40,206 nt of DNA from an uncultured Anaerolineaceae bacterium (GTDB lineage: Bacteria > Chloroflexota > Anaerolineae > Aggregatilineales > Phototrophicaceae). The notes under the pieces were generated by a model, which had not been told where the DNA came from, did no database searches, and worked only from the letters and a program-made list of their open reading frames with translations. Positions 33,740-40,206 of the stretch are shown here, piece by piece. The stretch is taken from the NCBI GenBank assembly GCA_964592955.1, contig CAZQIJ010000001.1, positions 1-40,206 on the forward strand, in the 5' to 3' direction. The position numbers and the translations under genes were made by a program. How positions within the stretch are numbered: position 1 is the stretch's first letter; every line of letters starts with the position of its first letter.

Positions 33740-36142
33740 ATGCGCTTGCGTTGGCTGCTGTTGTTTATCTGTGCGCTCCTTCTCACAACGATACCCCTTC
33801 ATGCCCAGGATGACTGGAGCGCCTGGCTGTTGGAAAACCAGACCAATCGAATGATCCTTGCTGATCGCAACGGATTGGTTGAGGAGCTGGTTTTGCCGTT
33901 GGCAGATGGGTATGATTATCTCTATCATAACACAGTTGTCGTTTCTCCCAACGGGAACTATTTCGCCTACGTGGTGGGGCAAAGCGGCACGAACAACCAA
34001 CTGCTGACCATTTATGACTTTGCACGGCGGTCGGTCATCGGTCAGTATCCCCCGTTCGATGTGTCTTACAGCGGCATCCCCGCGTTTAACCGCGACTCCA
34101 CACAGATTGCCTTTGGAAATTCGATGAATGCCTCTGGCTGGGATGTCGTCATCATTGACCTGGCCACGCTGGCCATCACCGCTACCCTCAACAGCACGGA
34201 AGCCAGCGCCGCAGCGGTTGCTTCGAGCTTTAACCTGACACCCTATTTCCAGTGGTTCAGCGGTACGCAGCTTGGTTTTGCAATGGTGCTTTCTGCCACA
34301 GACGCGACGCCGCCATTCGACAACTTCATCTGGGATACAGCCAGCGGAACCGTGACACCAAGCGTGGGCTATGGCTACATCGGGGCGGATATTCACCCGC
34401 TGACCGGGGAAGTGGCATTCCCGCTGCCGGATGACCGCTTTGCATTGACAGACGCTTTTATGTTTGGCCACTACAACACGGTGCAGGTCTACAGCCCGCT
34501 GACGCGCGAACGGTATCCTGTATATGCTGACACCGAAAATTCGCTGGGTGCTGTGCATTTCGTCAACAACGGGGAATACCTGCTGATTTCTTCGTATGAT
34601 CCTGCGTTTGTCTCAAAGTGGTTTGTCGTGGGGCGCGGTGGAAACCTGGTGGGTACACTGCCCACCCCAGACCTGATTGCGGATGCAGGGGGCACCCCAG
34701 ACGGCTTTATCTATACCAGCAGCATCACCGCTACCAGCACCGTGCATTTTGTCGATCTCAGCGGCGGTGTGGTCAGCGAAGGCACCCCAATCTATGACAG
34801 CGGCAGAAGCGAGTCGCTGCAGGTGGTGTGGGTCGGTTCCCTGACCGGTACAGCCTTTACGGCGGAACCGTTCCCGGCGTGGGTAGAACTGGCCGATCCG
34901 GTGCGTGACGGCGAAGCAGTTGCAGACAGCGGCCCCACTGCGCCGCAGGACGCCACGCTGCGCGTAGGTGGGCAGGCTACGGTGCGCACCACAGAGGGGG
35001 ATGCGCTCAATATGCGCAGCGGTGCGGGCACACAATTCAGCATCGTCAGCCGGCTGCGGTCTGGCAGTGTGCTTACGCTGCTGGAAGGGCCTGTATCTGC
35101 CAACGGGTTTAACTGGTGGCGGGTGCGCAGCGCAGCCGGGCAGGAAGGCTGGGTTGTAGATTCTGCCGATAACGAGCAGACGCTGCTTCCGGGTGTGAAC
35201 ACCAGCGTGGGCCTGGAATCGGAATTGGGCGCGAATCCTGAAATGGCCAGCCTGCTGGCTGTGGGGGATGATGTCATCGTCACGCTGGCCACGCGCGGGG
35301 ATGCGCTGCGCCTGCGCAACGAACCGGGGCTGGATGGCCGCGTTATCTCGCAGATGCCAGCCGGTACCCGCCTGCGCATCATCGATGGCCCGCGACCGCT
35401 GGACAACTACACGTGGTGGCAGATCCGCACCCCGGAAGGCAATGTGGGCTGGGCGGCAGAAATCATTGGCAATGAACGCGTTCTGGTGCGCACAACCACC
35501 GCTGCCGTCACCAATACACCTCCGGCTTCTGCCGCAGGTGCGCCCATCCTGATGAGTCCGCTCCCCGGCACCATCCTGACCAATTTCCCGCGAGCCATCA
35601 CCTTTACCTGGCAGGCTGTTTCAGGCGCAGCCAGTTACACGATTGAGATGGAAGGGTGCCCAGGCTCCAGCGGGCCGTGTGAGCCGTTCAGAACGGTGAG
35701 CGGCCTGGGGGCAACCGCCCACACGGAAACATTCCCAGGCGATGGACGTGGGCGCTGGCGTGTGGGGGCAGTGGCTCCGTCTGGCGCTGCGACCTTTTCG
35801 GACTGGTGGTCGTTCTCCATCGATACCAGCGCGGCGGCTGTACTGCCCGCACCAGAGATCATCTCTCCCATGAACGGCGCAACTTACGACATCTATCCAC
35901 GTACCATGACGCTGAGCTGGCTGTCTGTGGGCAGTGCTGCCTCATATGACGTAGATGTTCAGTATTGCGGTTCGTCCGATGTCTCCACATGCACCAACCT
36001 GCTCACAGAAAACACCAGCGCCACCAGCTATACCTTTGATTTTGTGGGCGCACAGCCTGGGCGCTGGCGTGTGCGTGCGCTGGATGGCAGCGGGGTTGCA
36101 GGAACATGGTCAGAATGGCGCATGTTCATTCACAATCAATAA
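33740..36142 (+). CDS. Large secreted protein: propeller-like N-region, two SH3b domains, two C-terminal Cys-pair Ig/FN3-like modules
   Basis: Signal peptide 'LLLFICALLLTTIPLHA/QDD'. SH3b motifs '..ALNMRSGAGTQFSIVSRLRSGSVLTLLEGPVSANGFNWWRVRSAAGQEGWV' and '..ALRLRNEPGLDGRVISQMPAGTRLRIIDGPRPLDNYTWWQIRTPEGNVGWA'. The C-terminal repeats are described in the findings. Confidence 0.85.
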   Translation: MRLRWLLLFICALLLTTIPLHAQDDWSAWLLENQTNRMILADRNGLVEELVLPLADGYDYLYHNTVVVSPNGNYFAYVVGQSGTNNQLLTIYDFARRSVIGQYPPFDVSYSGIPAFNRDSTQIAFGNSMNASGWDVVIIDLATLAITATLNSTEASAAAVASSFNLTPYFQWFSGTQLGFAMVLSATDATPPFDNFIWDTASGTVTPSVGYGYIGADIHPLTGEVAFPLPDDRFALTDAFMFGHYNTVQVYSPLTRERYPVYADTENSLGAVHFVNNGEYLLISSYDPAFVSKWFVVGRGGNLVGTLPTPDLIADAGGTPDGFIYTSSITATSTVHFVDLSGGVVSEGTPIYDSGRSESLQVVWVGSLTGTAFTAEPFPAWVELADPVRDGEAVADSGPTAPQDATLRVGGQATVRTTEGDALNMRSGAGTQFSIVSRLRSGSVLTLLEGPVSANGFNWWRVRSAAGQEGWVVDSADNEQTLLPGVNTSVGLESELGANPEMASLLAVGDDVIVTLATRGDALRLRNEPGLDGRVISQMPAGTRLRIIDGPRPLDNYTWWQIRTPEGNVGWAAEIIGNERVLVRTTTAAVTNTPPASAAGAPILMSPLPGTILTNFPRAITFTWQAVSGAASYTIEMEGCPGSSGPCEPFRTVSGLGATAHTETFPGDGRGRWRVGAVAPSGAATFSDWWSFSIDTSAAAVLPAPEIISPMNGATYDIYPRTMTLSWLSVGSAASYDVDVQYCGSSDVSTCTNLLTENTSATSYTFDFVGAQPGRWRVRALDGSGVAGTWSEWRMFIHNQ

Positions 36143-36193
36143 GCACGCCGAGGCGGTAAGCGCCTTGCCTAAAGGGGCGCTGGATACATTTTG

Positions 36194-36279
36194 ACGGTGA
36201 CCATGGTAGAGTGCGTCCGGGGCACATCCCGGCAGGATGGTTCAACGCCGCGTGACCACGGTGACAACGGTAAAGTGCG
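36194..36279 (+). repeat. Imperfect 22 nt direct repeat ACGGTGACmAyGGTArAGTGCG, two copies
   Basis: ACGGTGACCATGGTAGAGTGCG (36194-36215) and ACGGTGACAACGGTAAAGTGCG (36258-36279) match at 19 of 22 positions. Copy 2 also forms the left arm of an 11 bp hairpin (GGTAAAGTGCG 36269-36279 with CGCACTTTACC 36290-36300). Confidence 0.3.
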
Positions 36280-36469
36280 GGCTGCGGTTCGCACTTTACC
36301 CGGAACTCCCCTGGGCAATGTCACAATTCCCCAACCTGCTCACCATTTCTCCGCTTCGTCACACAGCGGCCCAGCGCCACATGCTTCTTTGGGGCTGTGC
36401 CGCAACGCGTGCCTGTAAACATTTCTCAACACACCGTCGTATTTTTTGGGTAGGCGAAAAATGAGATTG

Positions 36470-36478
36470 TGCTAAAAT
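36470..36478 (+). promoter_or_regulatory. Candidate extended -10 (TGCTAAAAT) for the CBM48 gene
   Basis: A TGn-TAAAAT motif about 36 nt upstream of ATG 36514. This argues against the longer ORF start at 36469. Confidence 0.35.
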
Positions 36479-36513
36479 GTGCAAAGTCTACTCGCACAGC
36501 AGGAGTGCATGAC

Positions 36514-36807
36514 ATGCTTAAGAAGCAGATTCTCAAAAGTAAACCCGTTTGCAAAGTAACGTTTTACGCTCCGCCTATCGAAGCAGAAACGATCCATCTG
36601 GTCGGCGACTTCAATGATTGGAACGAGACATCACACCCGATGGAAATGCTGAAGGATGGACGTTTTAAGACGACACTCGATCTCGAAGCGGGCAAAGAAT
36701 ACCAGTTTCGCTATCTGGTCAACAGCATGGATTGGCACAATGATTGGGAAGCGGACAAATATGTTCCAAACCCATTCAGCGGGGATAACTCGGTCGTGCT
36801 GACCTAA
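36514..36807 (+). CDS. Stand-alone glycogen-binding CBM48 (AMPK-beta / isoamylase N-domain-like) protein
   Basis: 'KVTFYAPPIEAETIHLVGDFNDWNETSHPMEMLKDGRFKTTLDLEAGKEYQFRYLVNSMDWHND'. AGGAG lies 8 nt upstream of ATG 36514. Confidence 0.8.
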   Translation: MLKKQILKSKPVCKVTFYAPPIEAETIHLVGDFNDWNETSHPMEMLKDGRFKTTLDLEAGKEYQFRYLVNSMDWHNDWEADKYVPNPFSGDNSVVLT

Positions 36808-36815
36808 GTTTCACT

Positions 36816-36850
36816 GACGACGCATGGTTCCCCATGCGTCGTCTCTTTGT
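36816..36850. terminator. Rho-independent terminator between convergent CBM48 and glgC
   Basis: GACGACGCATGG (36816-36827), TTCC loop, CCATGCGTCGTC (36832-36843), a perfect 12 bp stem. TCTTTGT follows. Confidence 0.7.
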
Positions 36851-36870
36851 GCCGAGGGAGGCAGCGGGGT

Positions 36871-38139
36871 TCAGCGTTTCTTCTGTTTGCGGTGGGTGAG
36901 CTGTGTTCCGCTGGGCACCACCCTGTTTTCAAACTGCGCGAAGTCGTCTTCGTCCAGGTCAACCCCCAGCACCACATTGCGCCCAACCGTCATACCAGGG
37001 GGAATATGTGTGTTCTTGCCGATGCTGGTGATCCCCAGATCGCCCATATCCATGATCTTGCCGACGCGTGCTTCCTTGCCCACGACCACAATCTTATCGA
37101 CAATGCAGCGTTCGACCACCGCACCCGCCTCGATATAGGCATCATTCAGCACAATGCTTTCGCGCACCACCGCACCCGGCCCCACATAAACCCCAGGGGA
37201 AAGCACCGAGCGCTCGATTAGTGCGCCTTCTGCGATGGTTGAGCCATCGGTAATGAGGCTGTCGCGTACCATAGCGCCGCTCATGATGCGCACCGGGGGC
37301 CGCTCCTCACTGCGGGTGTGAATGACCCAGGTGCGGTCATTGAGGTTGAGGGAAGGCGGCATATCCAGCAGATCCATGTGCGCTTCCCAATACGCCTCCA
37401 CCGTACCGACATCCACCCAGTACCCCCCGTAAGGATAAGCGAAGACATTCATCTGGCGCTCGATCATACGGGGAATGATGTTACGTCCAAAATCATTGGA
37501 GGAATCCGGGTCGAGCTGGTCTTCGTAGAGCAGATGCTCCAGCATGGCATAGTTAAAGACATACACCCCCATACTGGCCAGGGTTCCGGGTGGGTTGGCC
37601 GGTTTCTCCACAAATTCCTTCACCCGGTAGCTGTCGTCCACATCCAGGATTCCAAACCGGCTTGCTTCGTCTAGGGGCACTGTAATGGTGCAGATTGTGA
37701 CATCGGCCTGGCGTTCGCGGTGGAAGTCAATGAGGACGGAATAGTCCATCTCATAGATGTGATCCCCGGAAAGAATCAGCACATATTCCGGGCGTCCCTG
37801 GCGCACAAAGTTGATGTTCTGGGCGACGGCGTCCGCGGTGCCAGCGTACCAGTCTGTATCGAACCGTCCTTTGTACGGCTGGAGGATCTGCACCCCACCC
37901 GTGAACGTGCGGTCAAGATCCCAGGGGCGGCCACGCGCAATGTGATCGTTAAGGCTGTGCGGGCGGTATTGGGTAAGGATCAGAACGTCAAACACGTTGG
38001 AATTGACACAGTTGCTCAGGGTGAAATCAATAATGCGATATTTCCCGGCGAAAGGTACGGCCGGTTTGGCGCGTTTGGCGGTCAGCGTTCCCAGGCGCGT
38101 TCCTTCGCCACCAGCCAGAATAACGGCTTTTACTTTCAC
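36871..38139 (-). CDS. glgC: Glucose-1-phosphate adenylyltransferase
   Basis: '[43 protein letters not shown]' and a left-handed beta-helix C-terminal half. Confidence 0.93.
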   Translation of the reverse strand: MKVKAVILAGGEGTRLGTLTAKRAKPAVPFAGKYRIIDFTLSNCVNSNVFDVLILTQYRPHSLNDHIARGRPWDLDRTFTGGVQILQPYKGRFDTDWYAGTADAVAQNINFVRQGRPEYVLILSGDHIYEMDYSVLIDFHRERQADVTICTITVPLDEASRFGILDVDDSYRVKEFVEKPANPPGTLASMGVYVFNYAMLEHLLYEDQLDPDSSNDFGRNIIPRMIERQMNVFAYPYGGYWVDVGTVEAYWEAHMDLLDMPPSLNLNDRTWVIHTRSEERPPVRIMSGAMVRDSLITDGSTIAEGALIERSVLSPGVYVGPGAVVRESIVLNDAYIEAGAVVERCIVDKIVVVGKEARVGKIMDMGDLGITSIGKNTHIPPGMTVGRNVVLGVDLDEDDFAQFENRVVPSGTQLTHRKQKKR

Positions 38140-38142
38140 GGT

Positions 38143-39657
38143 TTACGTCCCCTTCCTTTTCAGAATAGCTTTCTCATAAAGTTCACTGTACTGCGCGGCG
38201 CTGCGCGTCCAGCTAAAGTTGGTGCGCATGGCACGGGCCTGCATGCGTTTCCAGGCATCCGGGCGATGCCGGTAGGTGTTGAGCGCCCAAACGAGGGTGT
38301 TATGCAGCGCATCGACTTCTTCCCACAAAAAGGTAAAGCCGGTGCCGCGTTCAGCATCGCCATTGTCATAATTCTCTACAGTGTCGGCCAGGCCACCGGT
38401 CTCGCGCACCAGGGGCAGCGCCCCATAGCGCATGGCCAGCATTTGGCCCATGCCGCACGGCTCAAAATGGCTGGGCATCACAAACAGGTCACAACCCGCA
38501 TAGATGCTTTGCGCAATCTGGTTATCATAGCCAAGATACACCCGCGCGCCGCGCCAGCCAAAATCCTTGCCCAAGCGCCACATTTCATGTTCAAGGTCAG
38601 GTTCACCCGTGCCCAGCGCCACAAACTGCACCTCATGGCCGGCCATCAGGCGGCGCATCGCCGGGGCCAGAAGATCGATACCTTTCTGCTGCACCATCCG
38701 GCTGACCAGGCCGATCAGCAGCGTGTCTGCTTTGGCTGGCAGCCCCATGCGGTCCTGCAGTGCGACCTTGTTTGCGGGGCGTGCCGCCTCAAAGTTCTCG
38801 GCGTCGAAATTTGCTGCGATGCGCGGATCCAGCGCCGGATCCCATGTCTGCGTATCAATTCCGTTGAGGATGCCATAGAGATCGTTGACGCGGTTGTGAA
38901 TAAGACCGTCCAGGCCGTACCCCATAGAGGGGTACTGGATTTCGATGGCGTAGCGCGGGCTAACGGTTGTGACGATGTCGCTGTAGGCGATGGCAATGCC
39001 CATCATGTTATCCGTGAGGCCGCGTGCGACGAGCTGCGGATGATTGCGACCGTATACACCTGCCATGTAGAGAAACCCGCCTGCATGGTCACCCTGATAG
39101 GCGAGGTTGTGGATGGTGAGCAGCGTCGCGGTTTTGCGCCAGCCTTGTTCGTGGCGGCTGGCTTCCAGCAGAAAGGGCACCAGGCCGGTATGCCAGTCGT
39201 TGACGTGAAACACATCCGGGAACCATCCGGCGCGCTGGCCAAGTTCCCAGGCAACCGCCATGAGCACCTGGTTATAGAAGATGAAGCGTGGCACGTCCCA
39301 TTCCCAATCGGTGTAAACGCTTGTCTCTGGTCCGAAATAAGGCCATGCCTGCACAAAGTAGAAGGGTACTTCATCGTAGAGCGTGGTATAAACGTTAACT
39401 TCGCTGGTGCCCAGGCGGTGCGTAAACGGAAAGCTGAAAAGGTGTTCGATGTTGTACCGGGTGTGGTTGATAAAGCCATAGCCAGGAAGGATGACGCGGG
39501 CATCGATACCCATACGCCGCAGCGCGCCCGGCAGCGATCCAACAACATCAGCCATGCCGCCGACTTTGGCAAAAGGGGCGGCTTCGGCACTGGTCAAGAG
39601 GATGTTGGTCAAGGCGACCCTCGGTTTCGCTACAATCGGGTAAAAACTGCCCCACAT
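38143..39657 (-). CDS. glgA: Glycogen synthase (ADP-glucose type, GT5)
   Basis: '[25 protein letters not shown]' and '[33 protein letters not shown]'. It is 3 nt upstream of glgC. The start is uncertain: the ORF opens at TTG 39699, the first ATG is at 39657, and TTG 39612 has GAGG 7 nt upstream and would give '[10 protein letters not shown]'. Confidence 0.93.
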   Translation of the reverse strand: MWGSFYPIVAKPRVALTNILLTSAEAAPFAKVGGMADVVGSLPGALRRMGIDARVILPGYGFINHTRYNIEHLFSFPFTHRLGTSEVNVYTTLYDEVPFYFVQAWPYFGPETSVYTDWEWDVPRFIFYNQVLMAVAWELGQRAGWFPDVFHVNDWHTGLVPFLLEASRHEQGWRKTATLLTIHNLAYQGDHAGGFLYMAGVYGRNHPQLVARGLTDNMMGIAIAYSDIVTTVSPRYAIEIQYPSMGYGLDGLIHNRVNDLYGILNGIDTQTWDPALDPRIAANFDAENFEAARPANKVALQDRMGLPAKADTLLIGLVSRMVQQKGIDLLAPAMRRLMAGHEVQFVALGTGEPDLEHEMWRLGKDFGWRGARVYLGYDNQIAQSIYAGCDLFVMPSHFEPCGMGQMLAMRYGALPLVRETGGLADTVENYDNGDAERGTGFTFLWEEVDALHNTLVWALNTYRHRPDAWKRMQARAMRTNFSWTRSAAQYSELYEKAILKRKGT

Positions 39658-39736
39658 TGTAACACGAACTCCCTGGCCTGCCCGCAAGTGCTTAAACAAA
39701 CGCTAAACGTGGGTTGCGCAGGTTTCGGTTCACCAG

Positions 39737-39764
39737 GCAGGTCAGGGGGTGTGCCCTGACCTGC
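39737..39764. terminator. Hairpin downstream of gyrA
   Basis: GCAGGTCAGGG (39737-39747) pairs with CCCTGACCTGC (39754-39764), an 11 bp stem with a 6 nt loop. There is no U-tract. Confidence 0.4.
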
Positions 39765-39900
39765 TCACATCGCTGTCCTGGTACAGTCGGGCTTTAATGA
39801 ACCTATCGTTCGATGTCCGAAATTGGGTAAGCCATTGGTCAGTTAATCATAGCTTCATTTCGGCGATCCTGTACCAGATGGATTTTGGATGCTGCACCCG

Positions 39901-40206
39901 CTAGGCTCCGGGAATCTGCCCGGCGTTATCGACCGCGATCTGCCCGCCGCCCAGCTCATCCACGCCATCGCCCATCGCTTCGACCTGCGATTCTGGCACG
40001 ATGGTGATGCCCACCACTTCGTCGTCAGAGGCGACATCCATCACCCGCACCCCAACGGCGCTGCGTCCGGTTTCGCGGATTTCGCTCAGCCGTGTGCGCA
40101 GTACAACGCCGGCACGGGTAATCAGCATGATTTCATCTGTGGCGTTTATGCAGCGCATGGCCACAAGCGGGCCTGTCTTTTCATTGCGGGCCAGTGTGCG
40201 CACACC
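39901..40206 (-). CDS. gyrA: DNA gyrase subunit A, C-terminal fragment (5' end outside the window)
   Basis: The ORF is open to the right edge. It has GyrA C-terminal beta-pinwheel blades 'DEIMLITRAGVVLRTRLSEIRETGRSAVGVRVMDV..DDEVVG'. Confidence 0.88.
   Translation of the reverse strand, partial: GVRTLARNEKTGPLVAMRCINATDEIMLITRAGVVLRTRLSEIRETGRSAVGVRVMDVASDDEVVGITIVPESQVEAMGDGVDELGGGQIAVDNAGQIPGA

Noticed and set aside
37720-39759. A 679 aa ORF on the + strand spanning most of the glgC-glgA region.
   Set aside because: It is antisense to two genes with unmistakable GlgC and GlgA motifs. Its translation is Arg/Ala/Gly/His-rich with no recognisable domain. Long stop-free antisense frames are a normal by-product of GC-rich codon usage.
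1-40206. A search by eye for CRISPR repeats, tRNA T-loop motifs (GTTCGAATC/GTTCAAATC), rRNA, IS inverted repeats, and integrase or transposase ORFs.
   Set aside because: None was found. The only repeats seen are the short elements listed as features. A proper tRNAscan, Rfam or ISfinder run would be needed to exclude small or divergent elements.

Overview
This is a GC-rich bacterial chromosomal window with dense coding on both strands. I call 35 protein genes, two of them cut by the window edges. I recognised no rRNA, tRNA, CRISPR array, transposase, integrase or phage gene, so it reads as core chromosome rather than an island. The gene content includes ftsA/ftsZ, a lexA with Gram-positive-type GAAC-N4-GTTC boxes, translin-family and DUF3467 genes, a Ycf45-type R3H ATPase and many secreted SH3b/propeller proteins. 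That mix suggests a Chloroflexota-like organism, but this is inference only.

Gene order, left to right:
- ftsA (3' fragment), a roughly 490 nt spacer, then ftsZ
- secreted jelly-roll protein, YflT/DUF1269-like protein, M19 dipeptidase, membrane-fused Moco oxidoreductase, aminotransferase, DUF5996-like protein
- minus-strand operon of two GAF-PAS class III cyclases plus a Hanks Ser/Thr kinase
- DUF1269 protein, a 0.5 kb AT-rich/G-tract spacer, small hypothetical, PaaI thioesterase
- lexA divergent from a HEAT/TM protein
- M20 amidase
- minus-strand cluster of receiver-only response regulator, PP2C-like/propeller membrane protein, DUF3467, translin-like protein and S1 protease
- MBL hydrolase, TetR plus ABC-2 exporter, small ORF, R3H AAA ATPase
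- FHA/zinc-ribbon plus ECF sigma operon, divergent from an 800 aa secreted SH3b protein
- stand-alone CBM48, glgA-glgC, gyrA (3' fragment)

Most interesting observations:
1. The two tandem cyclases carry complementary catalytic-site degenerations, like mammalian C1/C2. This predicts an obligate heterodimer with one active site.
2. The lexA promoter has a Cheo box inside its -35/-10 spacer. Its divergent partner is a single-pass HEAT/TM gene that sits where SOS division inhibitors lie in other lineages.
3. A response-regulator-led cluster joins a degenerate PP2C/propeller membrane protein with DUF3467, a bacterial translin homolog and a secreted protease.
4. An FHA/zinc-ribbon gene is translationally adjacent to an ECF sigma factor, and no anti-sigma gene is present.

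All family calls come from motif recognition by eye, and hairpin and promoter coordinates were counted manually. No searches were run.
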